Notes: generated by a model not told the origin, from the letters alone. Shown: positions 1 to 10,383, numbered from the stretch's first letter. The stretch: DNA of 63,648 nt from an uncultured Erysipelotrichaceae bacterium (GCA_902794835.1 CADBIO010000004.1:1-63648); one strand, 5' to 3'. A program made the numbers and translations.

Positions 1-1875
1 AAAATCTTTGATTTCGTTTTTGATAGTCCTTTCATTAAAGCAGTTCAGAAAGGCCGTTATGAATTGATTGCGGACGAGGTTGAAAAAATCGAGATTTCTT
101 CAGAGAAAATCGTTTTGAAAGTTAAACTCGACAAGATTGGCTTAGGGAAGGATTCCTTAGTCACCATTACCTTTGATGGAACAACCGGCACCCCAATTTC
201 GAATATTGAGGTCTTTGGAGTTTCTGCCAAAGGATTTGCTTTAGACGGCTCCATCAAAATTAATCATTTCGCCAAGATGAATATTGACACTGCTGGCTTC
301 TATCAAATGGATCATTTGCCAGACGTTTATGACCAAATCGCTGACTTGATCGATTCCAAACAAACCACCCTTTCCTTAGAAGGAACCGTCCTCGATGAGA
401 ATCATCATGGTCTCTCTTTGAATGGCGGAGCGACGATTGATGGCAAAAATAAAGCGGGAAGTGGTTCTCTAAACCTTTCGCAAATCAACGCCAACTACAC
501 CAAGAATCACGTTTTCACTCTCGATTTAAATGAGCAAGCCGCTTTCTTCAATTACAATGATTTCGACAGGAAAGAAGAATATGATGGCTTAAACGGCACG
601 ATTTCCATTGCCAGCGTGAATGACCTGATCAATACGATCAAAGATCTCACGGGAAATAGTCAAGTCAAAGACCGTTTCGGCGGACTTTTCGCTTCTCTTG
701 CCCAAGATTCCGCCAGCGGCATCATCAACGATGTTTTGGATGGCAAATATGCCCCTTTGATGTCGGCTAAGGTTTTAAATAAGTGCCAATTCTCTACCAA
801 CAACGTTGACCTTGTCATCAATGGCGAGATCTTCGGCTTAGAAAGTGACGTCGAAATTATTGTCGCTTTCTCCGATAAAGTAACCCCGGTCACGGCAGAA
901 GATGGAAGTGTCACCGATGAAGTCGTTCGTAATATTCATTCTATTTCTTTGAAAGATTTTGTTATTAACGGACAAACGATCAATTTGACCATTTCGCTAG
1001 ACCCATATGACGGAAAATTAGAGCGATTAGATAAATCGTTGACTTATACCGACTTCTCCAGCGTCACCCTTTTGACCAAATATTTGATGAATACGGCAAC
1101 TAAGCTTGATACGTATCATCTAGAAAGTCGGATCTCCGTCCTTCTTTGGACTGCCGATATTATCGATATCGATGCCTCTTTGTTTGTTTCCGTCGGAGAA
1201 AACGATGAACTCAAGATTTACGGTGAATTGAGCAATATTCCTTTGATTCCTGCCATCAACAACGATACCTGGTTATTCGGCGACCATGGCGAAGGGGCTT
1301 CTTATTACCGCAGCGTTAATTTCTATTATGACGGTGATAATATCTATGTCCATGGCTTAAACCCATTCGGTGTTTTTGAAGCCGAAGATGAAGAAGGGGT
1401 CATAAATTCCTATGATTTTACGGAAACTCAGGACTACAAATATGCCCCATCGTATTTCCAAACGACGGACAACATTCTTCATTTCTTGTTAAAGGATGTC
1501 ATCAATTTGCAAGACCGTCTGTTGTCTAAAGTCGATACCAACGGCATCGCTTTGCCTGAAAACACCAAGGCGTTGGCAACGGAAAAACTGTTCCAATCCT
1601 TCCAATATGATCCTGATGATTTGGCTTGGGACATTTCCCTCGATTTGGGCGGTCTTTTGAACAACGATTTCCTAAAGACCCTCGATCTTCATTTGGCGGG
1701 GACGTTTGATGAATATTTAAGCGACGTATCCCTCGCTTTGACCATTTTTGCCGGGGTGAAAATCCAAATCACCGCCGATTTCTCATTGAAGAGTATCGGT
1801 TCTGACAGCTTCCCGACAAGCGATTTTGAAACCTATGTTAACGCACATTCTTCTGACCCATTAACCGCAGAATAA
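1..1875 (+). CDS. Large predicted surface protein, 5' end upstream of window; paralog of the following 1040-aa lipoprotein
   Basis: Frame 1 is open from nt 1 (KIFDFVFDSPFIKAVQKGRYELIADE...), so the TTG at 64 in the ORF track is a window-edge artefact. By eye it aligns with the C-terminal half of ORF 1892..5014 (GFYQMDHLPDVYDQ/GYYFLEKLPTIYDQ; LNGQTINLTISL/LNGSTLNLTLTI; YYRSVNFYYD/YYRTVVFYFD; NILHFLLKDV/NLLHFIFKDV). No family recognised. Confidence 0.7.
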   Translation, partial: KIFDFVFDSPFIKAVQKGRYELIADEVEKIEISSEKIVLKVKLDKIGLGKDSLVTITFDGTTGTPISNIEVFGVSAKGFALDGSIKINHFAKMNIDTAGFYQMDHLPDVYDQIADLIDSKQTTLSLEGTVLDENHHGLSLNGGATIDGKNKAGSGSLNLSQINANYTKNHVFTLDLNEQAAFFNYNDFDRKEEYDGLNGTISIASVNDLINTIKDLTGNSQVKDRFGGLFASLAQDSASGIINDVLDGKYAPLMSAKVLNKCQFSTNNVDLVINGEIFGLESDVEIIVAFSDKVTPVTAEDGSVTDEVVRNIHSISLKDFVINGQTINLTISLDPYDGKLERLDKSLTYTDFSSVTLLTKYLMNTATKLDTYHLESRISVLLWTADIIDIDASLFVSVGENDELKIYGELSNIPLIPAINNDTWLFGDHGEGASYYRSVNFYYDGDNIYVHGLNPFGVFEAEDEEGVINSYDFTETQDYKYAPSYFQTTDNILHFLLKDVINLQDRLLSKVDTNGIALPENTKALATEKLFQSFQYDPDDLAWDISLDLGGLLNNDFLKTLDLHLAGTFDEYLSDVSLALTIFAGVKIQITADFSLKSIGSDSFPTSDFETYVNAHSSDPLTAE

Positions 1876-1891
1876 TCAAGAAAGGGACCCG

Positions 1892-4800
1892 ATGCATTTC
1901 TTTACTCGCCTCAAAAACAAAATCAGCAAGAAGAGTCTTATCTCTCTTCTTTCTTTTGGCGTAGTCTTAGGAATCGCCGGATGTGGCGAAAAGCCTTCTT
2001 CCCTAAGAGAGGATACGAAAGCGACTGTCTCTCCGATTATTCTCACCATTCCTGAAGGGGCGAGCCCCAAAGAAAAGATGAGCCAATATCTTTCGGAAAC
2101 AGAAGGGCTAGAAGGCACGTTAGATTTCCAACTCCATCTAGCGGACAAAGATAACGATCCATCAACTTGGAACGTCATCTCCGTGAATGACGCCTCCTTA
2201 CGCCTTGCTAAGCCGAAGAAAGGCGTCTTTGGTTTAGATCTAGAGATGGAAGTCGATTATAACGGGGTCAGCAAATCTGCCCATCTTAACCATGCGGATG
2301 ATACCACCTATCTAAATCTTGCCGGTCTCACTTATCGATACACCGACACGACTTATAAGAGCCTGATGGGGAAAATCATCTCCATTTTCGGAGTCGATGC
2401 GATCAAGGTACCCGATACATTTTATGATCTACTGGATCGATTAAGCCCCGTTTCAGGAAACCATCCGGAATCCTCTTTTGAATTGATTGAGGAACCCATT
2501 GCCAAAGGTTTTTCCTTCAAGGTGTCTCTTAGCTCGGAAAACGAAATCCATCTTTTGGCTGATGAAGAATATAACCTAACCCGAATCTATGGCGATAAAT
2601 TGACTTTTGGAAACCATCATCTATCCTTCTCATTCGAAACGTTGAGAAACGATGATGAATTGACGGTCATTAAATCCTTGGCTCCATCGGATGGGGCACA
2701 TTATACTGAGCTTTACGACACGATGGACTTGGTCCGTAAAATCAAAAATCTTACCACCTCGAGAAAATTCGGAATCAAAATCGAAGGCAACGTCCACCAT
2801 AATGTCAGCGAAACCAATCATCATAGCGCCTCAGAGGAAGACATCCTTTTAGATGCCTGCGCTTATTTTGACATCGATGCCACAAAATTTAGCGGCACCC
2901 TTTCTGCCCATTCTCCGTCGGCGGCCTCAACTTCCAATCTGGTGAATTTCGTTTCTGAAAAAGAAGAAGGGGTTCAAAAGACTTACCTAAATTACAATGA
3001 CGTTTTGCAATTCGGCGTGACCTCAACCGTCCTGAATGGGATGATCGCCCGTTTAAAAGAGGATTTTAGCAACGGCGTCTCTTTCCTTGATAAATTGTTT
3101 GATTTACTCGATCAAATCTGCGTTTCTAATATTAAAAACGGTCATTATGAGGCCTTCTTAGGCGCCATAAAGTCCCTCTCTAATGATGGCAACGTCCTAT
3201 CCATGACCCTTAACTTGGAGGATTTTGGTTTGGGAGAAGAGAGTGAAATGATCATTAAAGTGGATGGCAATCGAAATCAAGATTTGGTCACCATTTATGC
3301 TGATGGGGTGGGTTTAAGCGGTTATCTTCTCCAAGATACGACCATCACTTTGACCGATTATCAAGAAACCAGCATGAATACGGAAGGCTATTATTTCTTG
3401 GAAAAACTTCCCACGATTTATGACCAAGTCAAAGAAATTGTTGAACAGCCAAAATTCCATCTAGGAATTGAGGCCTCTTACGTTGATTCCCATGGGGTTG
3501 GCTTGTCTTCCCTTAATGGCTCGGCTAATTTACTTGGCACGATGAACGGATCTAATGCCTATGAATTCCAAGGAGGGAATGTCGAGCTAGATTTGATTCA
3601 ACAAATCGGTGTCAAAGACAAAAACGGCAACTTCTCTTCGCTTGGCGAAAGGAAAAACCACCATATCGTCTTAGATTTAGAAGCCTTGGATAACGCTTAT
3701 TTCCATTATTACGACGCAGGAAAAGTCGATTCCTCGAAAGCGGATGACGGCACCTGGGGCAAAATCGAAATCAATCCTTTCAAAGACGTGATCGACATCG
3801 TCAAAGAAATCTACAATTCCGAAGACAGCCGCTTCTCCAAATGGTTCAAGGTCGTGGAAACGGCTGCTGCTGCGAACGTGATTGATGCGCTTAAAAGTGG
3901 CCAATATTCCCCATTGTTGGCTTCGAATCTTGTCATTAGCAGCTCCTTTGCCACCTCCTTTACCGAGATTGTGATTTCTGGCCTTGCTTTTGGCTTAAAT
4001 GATGAGAACGGCGACAACAATTTCACTTTGAGACTGGACTATAACGACAAAAACGAGGTGGAATCGATTTCCATCAAAAACCTCGTCCTAAATGGCTCGA
4101 CATTGAATCTGACATTGACAATCTCCGATTACATCGAAGGAAAGATGAACATTCTTGACCATAGCAAATGCCATACGGATTTGACTGGTCTCTCCCCGTT
4201 TATCAAAGACCTTTACAACACCGCCAACATGAACACATTCCACCTGACAGGATCTCAAGTCGGCATGAAAATCCTTTTCTTCAAAATCTATTTGGACATG
4301 GATTTCAGAATCTTTATGGACGGGGCCAAAGTCAAAGTCTATGGCATCATCAATGTCCCATGCATCGTCGGAGTCAACGGAGGCAACCTATTAAAGACTT
4401 ACTATCGAACCGTCGTCTTTTATTTCGATGACATTGACCCTGAGACTGGAGACGCCTATGAAGACAATCACGGCTATGTCTATCTGACTTACAACAAATC
4501 GACCACCAAAGGACAAATCAGCGGTGGTACTGAAGAAGGCGCCTACAAATATCATTCGGATTATTTCAAGGCAGATTCCAAGAATTTGCTTCACTTCATT
4601 TTCAAAGACGTGATGGGCTTTAGTGATTCAATCTATAAACAAATCGTTTCCAATGATTCCAGCGACACGGCAGGAAAGGCAGTGAATTACGAAAACGTGC
4701 TCGAGGAATTCACCTATGCCAAATCCGAGAAGAAGTGGGTCATTGGCATTGATTTGGAGGCTTTAACCAATATCGGCATGCTGAAGAATTTCACTGGCAC

Positions 4801-5014
4801 CTTCTATGCCGCCCCCTCTAGCGCCCATGATAACAAAGACGTCTTAAGCAAACTCGAGATTAAACTCTCGCTGAGCCTTTTAATCACCCTAAACGTCACC
4901 GGAACTTTCTATAATACCGATCTTGGCGTTTTAGATAATTGGGCCCCGGTAGATCAAACGTATCAAAAATATATCGATGCTCATCGTAAGGACGCTTGCG
5001 ATTATCAAGGGTAA
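1892..5014 (+). CDS. Very large lipoprotein (1040 aa), unknown function
   Basis: ATG lies 16 nt after the upstream stop. N-terminus ...SLISLLSFGVVLGIAGCGEK has a basic n-region, a hydrophobic core and a lipobox (L-G-I-A-G-C). Paralogous to ORF 1..1875. Confidence 0.8.
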   Translation: MHFFTRLKNKISKKSLISLLSFGVVLGIAGCGEKPSSLREDTKATVSPIILTIPEGASPKEKMSQYLSETEGLEGTLDFQLHLADKDNDPSTWNVISVNDASLRLAKPKKGVFGLDLEMEVDYNGVSKSAHLNHADDTTYLNLAGLTYRYTDTTYKSLMGKIISIFGVDAIKVPDTFYDLLDRLSPVSGNHPESSFELIEEPIAKGFSFKVSLSSENEIHLLADEEYNLTRIYGDKLTFGNHHLSFSFETLRNDDELTVIKSLAPSDGAHYTELYDTMDLVRKIKNLTTSRKFGIKIEGNVHHNVSETNHHSASEEDILLDACAYFDIDATKFSGTLSAHSPSAASTSNLVNFVSEKEEGVQKTYLNYNDVLQFGVTSTVLNGMIARLKEDFSNGVSFLDKLFDLLDQICVSNIKNGHYEAFLGAIKSLSNDGNVLSMTLNLEDFGLGEESEMIIKVDGNRNQDLVTIYADGVGLSGYLLQDTTITLTDYQETSMNTEGYYFLEKLPTIYDQVKEIVEQPKFHLGIEASYVDSHGVGLSSLNGSANLLGTMNGSNAYEFQGGNVELDLIQQIGVKDKNGNFSSLGERKNHHIVLDLEALDNAYFHYYDAGKVDSSKADDGTWGKIEINPFKDVIDIVKEIYNSEDSRFSKWFKVVETAAAANVIDALKSGQYSPLLASNLVISSSFATSFTEIVISGLAFGLNDENGDNNFTLRLDYNDKNEVESISIKNLVLNGSTLNLTLTISDYIEGKMNILDHSKCHTDLTGLSPFIKDLYNTANMNTFHLTGSQVGMKILFFKIYLDMDFRIFMDGAKVKVYGIINVPCIVGVNGGNLLKTYYRTVVFYFDDIDPETGDAYEDNHGYVYLTYNKSTTKGQISGGTEEGAYKYHSDYFKADSKNLLHFIFKDVMGFSDSIYKQIVSNDSSDTAGKAVNYENVLEEFTYAKSEKKWVIGIDLEALTNIGMLKNFTGTFYAAPSSAHDNKDVLSKLEIKLSLSLLITLNVTGTFYNTDLGVLDNWAPVDQTYQKYIDAHRKDACDYQG

Positions 5015-5073
5015 ATATAACCCTTGAAATGATCGTGATATTAACGACAATAATAAGAGAAAGGAGAGAAAAT

Positions 5074-6570
5074 ATGAAAGAAAAGAAAATCATTTTACTC
5101 CCATTGTTGAGCGCGGCCTTTCTTTTATCCGGCTGCCAGGGTGGCAAAGAAATCTCTTCCCTTAGCCTAGAGGAATCATCCGAATCCTCTTCCTCTCAAG
5201 AATCAGAAACGCCAATCGACCCATTTTGGGGCGATGAAGGGGATGTCATCATCCCCGACGTAGCCGAAAACGCCGACTCTGGCCTATCGATTTTGAAAAA
5301 AGCCCTAAAGACTCCGGCAGAATCCCATGGCTTCAAAACGACGACCAATCCAGCGAAATTCGCCCTCACTGGGATGAAATTCGCCAACGACGAAGAAGGC
5401 AATAAGACCTCGATCGATTGGGATGTTTTGCTCACCGTTCAATCCATCAACGCCGCCATGACGCATCTCGGGGATGGCAATCAAAAAGAAGATTACAATT
5501 TCTCGTTCCAAATCCAAGATGCCGATGTCGATAAAATCCAATATGGCCTCGGCCCTCTTTTCGGGACACGTGCCAAAGCGATCAATCGTTTGATTAATTC
5601 TTTTGCCTCTGACATGTATGCGAATCTCTATTATGCGGGAAATGCCTATCCCGATCGCATTTATTATGATTTTGACGATGAAGAAGGCGATGAAAGCAAC
5701 GCCGCTTTCTTGTTTCTCGGCATGAGAAGCTACGTCTGTGGGCTTTTAGATCGAATGGGCTATTCCGTCTATCCTAACGATGACCCAGAATTAGATCCTA
5801 CCTTCGATTATGTCTCAAAGGGCTACCTCACAATCCCTGAAGAAGAAAAGGCAGGGGAAGAAGAAAACCCCGCCCCATTTGAAAATCTTGCCACAGAATG
5901 GGGGAAAATCGTTGATGAATATCTATTCCCGGGAATCGAGGATTATATTCCTGTCTTAGTCTCTTCCAAGAAGGATGACATTTATACCTTAAGCGCCTCC
6001 TTTGACGAAGATCAATCTTTCTTTGCCGCTTTATCTTCTCCATTGAACACTCTAGAAGAAGATTGGCAACACACCATCAAAATCCCTTATACCACCAAAG
6101 ATGAGGAAGGAAAGGAAATCACAAAAGATTTGGAACTGACCATCACCAAGAAGCAGATCCAAGACCTTGTCGCCTCTCTTGATGAAGCGCTTAACATCAA
6201 CCGTTTTTCCTTGCGGCTTGACTATAACGAGGCAGGATTAATCGGCTCTAGTTTCAAATTAGACCTGGACATTTCCCCATCCATCTTCGAAGAAGACTTC
6301 GACAGCAAAATCGCTTCATACGACCCCGATAGTGGGGAAGAAGAACCAGAAGTAATCGGCGTCAGCAACGTCAAGATTAATTTAGGCGCAGAATATTCGC
6401 TCTATCAAAAGGTCGCTGAAGATGATGACGAAGCCATTTTGAAAGAACATCTCTGGGAATTTGCCAATCTTCCTTCCAAAGAAGCCTTGAATGACCCAAA
6501 GATCTACCCTGAGCAACCTCTTCCTCCTAAAAAACAAGACAAAGGGGAAGACGAAACCTCTGGGAATTAA
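5074..6570 (+). CDS. Acidic lipoprotein (about 498 aa), unknown function
   Basis: In-frame ATG at 5074 is preceded by gaaaggagagaaaat (SD). MKEKKIILLPLLSAAFLLSGCQGG is a signal peptide plus lipobox. The track start at 4996 overlaps the upstream gene and lacks an SD. Ser/Glu/Asp-rich mature protein. Confidence 0.75.
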   Translation: MKEKKIILLPLLSAAFLLSGCQGGKEISSLSLEESSESSSSQESETPIDPFWGDEGDVIIPDVAENADSGLSILKKALKTPAESHGFKTTTNPAKFALTGMKFANDEEGNKTSIDWDVLLTVQSINAAMTHLGDGNQKEDYNFSFQIQDADVDKIQYGLGPLFGTRAKAINRLINSFASDMYANLYYAGNAYPDRIYYDFDDEEGDESNAAFLFLGMRSYVCGLLDRMGYSVYPNDDPELDPTFDYVSKGYLTIPEEEKAGEEENPAPFENLATEWGKIVDEYLFPGIEDYIPVLVSSKKDDIYTLSASFDEDQSFFAALSSPLNTLEEDWQHTIKIPYTTKDEEGKEITKDLELTITKKQIQDLVASLDEALNINRFSLRLDYNEAGLIGSSFKLDLDISPSIFEEDFDSKIASYDPDSGEEEPEVIGVSNVKINLGAEYSLYQKVAEDDDEAILKEHLWEFANLPSKEALNDPKIYPEQPLPPKKQDKGEDETSGN

Positions 6571-6575
6571 TCTCT

Positions 6576-6602
6576 AGCACTCCATCGCAGGAGTGCTTTT
6601 TT
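6576..6602 (+). terminator. Intrinsic terminator after the lipoprotein operon
   Basis: AGCACTCC (6576-6583) pairs with GGAGTGCT (6590-6597), followed by a T-run. Confidence 0.75.
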
Positions 6603-6635
6603 AATAAAGAAAAGCGCCATCTCGAAGATGACGCT
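6603..6635 (-). terminator. Intrinsic terminator after rpsD
   Basis: AGCGCCATC (6613-6621) pairs with GATGACGCT (6627-6635) with one mismatch. On the minus strand it is followed by TTTTCTTTATT. Confidence 0.6.
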
Positions 6636-6659
6636 TGATCCTTGCTACATTGATGTGGA

Positions 6660-7268
6660 TTATAACTTGCGGTTGTAGTATTCGATGATTTGGGCTTCGT
6701 TGATTTCCTTTGGAAGTTCGTTTCTTTCTGGGAGTCTAGCGAAGACGCCGGTGAATTTCTCAGCATCGACAGTGACATAGCCAGGGACGGCTGGTTTGCC
6801 TTCGACAGAAGCTTTGACAACGGCAAGAGGGGATTCCTCTTTGAAGCCGATGGTATCGCCGACATTCACCAAATAAGAGGCGATATCGACTTTCTTGCCA
6901 TTGACGGTGACGTGTCCGTGGTTGACCAATTGACGGGCGGCAGCACGAGTGCGGGCAAAGCCCATACGATAGACAAGGTTGTCAAGACGGCTTTCGAGAA
7001 TGCGGAAGAAGGCGAGTCCGGTAACGGTGTTCTTGTCTTTCTTAGCCATGATGAACATACGACGGAATTGTCTTTCGTTCATGCCATAGAGCTCTTTGAG
7101 TTTTTGTTTCTCGACAAGCTGAGCGCCATATTCCGATGGCTTTCTCTTACGATCTTGGCCGTGTTGGCCTGGGCCATATGCTCTCTTTTTGAGTTCATCG
7201 CCGGTTTCGAGCACACTAAAACCAAAGCGACGGGATTGCTTCCATTTGGATCCTGTGAATTTGGACAT
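6660..7268 (-). CDS. rpsD: 30S ribosomal protein S4
   Basis: MSKFTGSKWKQSRRFGFSVLETG...; 202 aa with an S4 RNA-binding domain; SD AAAGGAGA upstream. Confidence 0.97.
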   Translation of the reverse strand: MSKFTGSKWKQSRRFGFSVLETGDELKKRAYGPGQHGQDRKRKPSEYGAQLVEKQKLKELYGMNERQFRRMFIMAKKDKNTVTGLAFFRILESRLDNLVYRMGFARTRAAARQLVNHGHVTVNGKKVDIASYLVNVGDTIGFKEESPLAVVKASVEGKPAVPGYVTVDAEKFTGVFARLPERNELPKEINEAQIIEYYNRKL

Positions 7269-7460
7269 ATATTGATGTCTCCTTTCTTTGCGTTAACAAA
7301 GTTTAGAGGGCCTTTCCCATTTCCCGGGTGTTATCCTGTGATTTCGGTACCGGTAGCGCGGTCTTACTTTGTGTTTTAATGGATAACGTCAGACGGAAAC
7401 GTAGAAGCCTGCTAGCTTTCACGCAGGATTAAGTTTAGTTGCCTAACCTCCCCTCGTCAA
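7269..7460 (-). promoter_or_regulatory. rpsD promoter plus roughly 150-nt structured 5' leader (candidate S4 autoregulatory leader)
   Basis: On the minus strand: TTGACG (7460-7455), 17-nt spacer, TAAACT (7437-7432). A long GC-rich untranslated leader then runs to the SD at about 7280. Confidence 0.5.
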
Positions 7461-7552
7461 GGAAAACAGTGCTCTTTTTGCACTTTCTTTTTATTTCTTT
7501 ATCGCGCCTGCGCTTGCAAGCGTGATATATTTAATAGTAATCGGAGAAGATT

Positions 7553-9244
7553 ATGATAGATACGACTTTATTGATAGTGATCATTGTGGTGGCAATCCTG
7601 GCGGCGGCCGGTTTGACTTTCTTGCTTTATTTCACTTTGATCAAACGCAGTGTCTTAAAGAAACAAGCCAAGGATATCATCGGCGATTTTGAGACAGAAC
7701 ACGCCGTCCTTTTCGGGGATATCCAACGCTACGTCACCCGTTTGAAAGCCATCTCCGATCTGAATATTCTCTATATCGACCCATACACGACATGGCATAT
7801 GAAATTCAAAGACGTTCGCGATGGGAGCGACGCCAATGCCCAATCCGTTGCCAATTCTTTGAAAGATGCGCTTGATGGCAAACATTGGGGCGAACTTAAA
7901 AATTTCCTTCCAACAGCCAAAGCGGAGATTGAAGACTATGTCTCCCGTGTCGAAGCCTTAAAAGAGGGATTGATCGAGGTTTTCTCTTTAGAAGAGGAAA
8001 TCACTTCTTTGTCTTTGCAAGAGAAAGAGAAATATCGTTCCATCAAACAAAAATACAATTCGGAGGCCGATGATCTTTCTTTGGTTGCCGAAAGCATGGG
8101 GGCGTTGTTCAAACGGATCGATGCGAAAATCGAATTTGCCGATGAGCAAAAAGACAAAGCCTCTTACCAAGAAGCCAAAGACATCTATCTGAATGAGGTG
8201 GATAAAATCCTCGGCCAAATCGATCTTTTGCTCAATACCTTGCCCAACACCTGCCTGGAAGTGACCTCGGTTTTGCCAGATAAGATCTCTTCCTTAAGGA
8301 ACCGTTACCAAGATTTGCTGAAAGAAGGCTATCCGCTTAATCACATCGTCTCCAAAAAAGAAATCGATAAGATGGATGCCGACATCAACGCTCTCACCCA
8401 ATCCATCAAGGTGCTCAATAACAACGGCGTTTCCCGAGCCATCGACACCATTCGCACCAACATCGACGGATATAACGAAGCTTTTGATAAAGAAGTGGAG
8501 GCTCGAGCGATTTTCTTAGCCAACAACGAGAAAATCTATCGCGAAGAAAATGAGATTCATCAAAAATTCGTGAATCTCTCCAACAACATCGAAGAGATCA
8601 AATCTTATTATCTTTTAGGAGCCGACGATATCCAGACGATGAAAGATATCGGCCTTGCCATCAACGATGCCGAGGCTGCCAAAACGTTGCTTGATAACTA
8701 TGTCCATAGCAACTCGCCACAACTTTACACCGTCCTAATCGAAAAAATGGATGAATTAAAGAAACTGGCAGACAAAGCCAAGACACAATTAGAGGATTTT
8801 GAACGCTATCTTCATTCTTTAAAATCTTCTTTCGGCGAGGCTGCCAGCGCCGTGCGAGTCTATTTTGAGAGGACGAAAAATGGCGAAAGCGAAGTTCGTT
8901 CCCTGCGCGTTGAAGCCTTAAATAAACATTTCGCCCCGAAGTTCCGTTCCATCTATGAGACGATTGACCTTCTTTATGCCGATTTGAATACGATGCCAGT
9001 CAATATCAAGAAAGTCCAGGAAGAACTTGGCAGGCTCAAAGAAGAAGGCGACGCCGTTGCTAAGGAAATCATGGAAACCAAAGAAGATATCGCCAAAGCC
9101 GAACAAGCGATTGTCCACGCCAACCGTTATCGCGCCGGAAATGCGGCGGTGGAACAAATCGTTTCCCAAGGAGAAGCCATGTTTGCCAACACCTCTTACA
9201 AAGAATCCTACCGTATCGTTCAAGACGTCAACCATTCTCGTTAA
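7553..9244 (+). CDS. ezrA: Septation ring formation regulator EzrA
   Basis: 563 aa with a single N-terminal TM (LLIVIIVVAILAAAGLTFLLYFTLI) followed by long coiled-coil-like sequence. The C-terminal ANRYRAGN...SYKESYRIVQDV resembles the B. subtilis EzrA C-terminal patch (from memory). Synteny is rpsD / ezrA / nifZ-thiI. Confidence 0.85.
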   Translation: MIDTTLLIVIIVVAILAAAGLTFLLYFTLIKRSVLKKQAKDIIGDFETEHAVLFGDIQRYVTRLKAISDLNILYIDPYTTWHMKFKDVRDGSDANAQSVANSLKDALDGKHWGELKNFLPTAKAEIEDYVSRVEALKEGLIEVFSLEEEITSLSLQEKEKYRSIKQKYNSEADDLSLVAESMGALFKRIDAKIEFADEQKDKASYQEAKDIYLNEVDKILGQIDLLLNTLPNTCLEVTSVLPDKISSLRNRYQDLLKEGYPLNHIVSKKEIDKMDADINALTQSIKVLNNNGVSRAIDTIRTNIDGYNEAFDKEVEARAIFLANNEKIYREENEIHQKFVNLSNNIEEIKSYYLLGADDIQTMKDIGLAINDAEAAKTLLDNYVHSNSPQLYTVLIEKMDELKKLADKAKTQLEDFERYLHSLKSSFGEAASAVRVYFERTKNGESEVRSLRVEALNKHFAPKFRSIYETIDLLYADLNTMPVNIKKVQEELGRLKEEGDAVAKEIMETKEDIAKAEQAIVHANRYRAGNAAVEQIVSQGEAMFANTSYKESYRIVQDVNHSR

Positions 9245-9252
9245 TCATTGCT

Positions 9253-10383
9253 ATGATCTATTTTGATAATGCGGCAACTACCAAGCCCTCTGAAGCCGTC
9301 CTTTCTTTATTCCAGCGTTACAGCGAATCGTTTTTCGCCAACTCTTCCTCCCGCCACGCCTTGGGAAGGGAGGCGAACAAATGTCTCGAAGAGGCCAGAA
9401 ATTCTATCCTTTCTGATTTTCGTCTCACCAAAACCCACAAGCTGGTTTTCCTAAGCGGCGCTACGGAAGCCAACAATCTGGCGATCAAGGGGATCTGCGA
9501 ACAATACAAGAATCGCGGGAAAAAGATCATCACCAGCGCAGTCGAACACCCTTCCGTGCTCAATGTTTTCCGCCGGATGGAGCAAAATGGCTTTGAAGTG
9601 GTTTATCTTCCGGTGAATGAAGAAGGAAAAGTCGAGCCGTGCGTTTTAGAAGAGGCAATGGACAAAAACACGATTCTCGTCTCTATTATGGGGATTAACA
9701 ATGAAACGGGGACAATCAATGACATCCATTCCTTGGCCAACATCGTCCATCGTTTCCCCAAAGCCTTTTTCCACGTTGACATTACCCAGGCGATCGGGAA
9801 AATTTCCCTTCCTTATGAAGAAATCGACCTTTTCTCCTTTTCTGGGCACAAAATCCACGGTTTAAAAGGAACAGGCGCCTTGCTTTTCCGTAAAAATATC
9901 ACCCTCTCTCCGCAAAATATCGGAGGAGATCAGGAGTTCGGGTTCCGTTCTGGCACCGTCGATATGGCGGGCTCTTGCTGTTTGGCACAGGCGGTCCATC
10001 TCGCGAAAAACAACCGCCAGAAAAATCTAGAGACGGTCCAAATCCTCTCTTCTTATCTAAGAGAAGCGTTAAAAGAGAACAAAGAGATTGTCATCAATTC
10101 TCCCTCCGATGCGACGCCTTATATCCTCAATTTTTCTTTCCTCCATAAAAAAGCGTCGGTCATCACCGAAGCCTTATCTCACGAAGGAATCTATGTTTCT
10201 AGCGTTTCTGCCTGCCATAGCAAAGGAGAGCCGGTCTCCTATGTTTTGCTGGCCATGGGCTTAGGAAAAGAGAGGGCGAGCAATTCAATGAGAATCTCTC
10301 TTTCTTCGATGAATGAGTTGGAAGAAGCTAAGATTTTCATTGCCAAATTAAATGACATTATCGAAAGGACGATTGATCGATGA
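9253..10383 (+). CDS. iscS: Cysteine desulfurase (class V aminotransferase, NifS/IscS/NifZ-like, ThiI partner)
   Basis: SFSGHKIHGLKGTGAL (PLP lysine) and SSVSACHSKGE (active-site Cys). The stop overlaps the thiI start (ATGA). Confidence 0.9.
   Translation: MIYFDNAATTKPSEAVLSLFQRYSESFFANSSSRHALGREANKCLEEARNSILSDFRLTKTHKLVFLSGATEANNLAIKGICEQYKNRGKKIITSAVEHPSVLNVFRRMEQNGFEVVYLPVNEEGKVEPCVLEEAMDKNTILVSIMGINNETGTINDIHSLANIVHRFPKAFFHVDITQAIGKISLPYEEIDLFSFSGHKIHGLKGTGALLFRKNITLSPQNIGGDQEFGFRSGTVDMAGSCCLAQAVHLAKNNRQKNLETVQILSSYLREALKENKEIVINSPSDATPYILNFSFLHKKASVITEALSHEGIYVSSVSACHSKGEPVSYVLLAMGLGKERASNSMRISLSSMNELEEAKIFIAKLNDIIERTIDR

Noticed and set aside
6690-7379. 229-aa ORF on the plus strand across the rpsD region
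   Set aside because: It lies entirely antisense to the unambiguous S4 gene and its leader, has no SD and has unusual composition. It is a shadow ORF.
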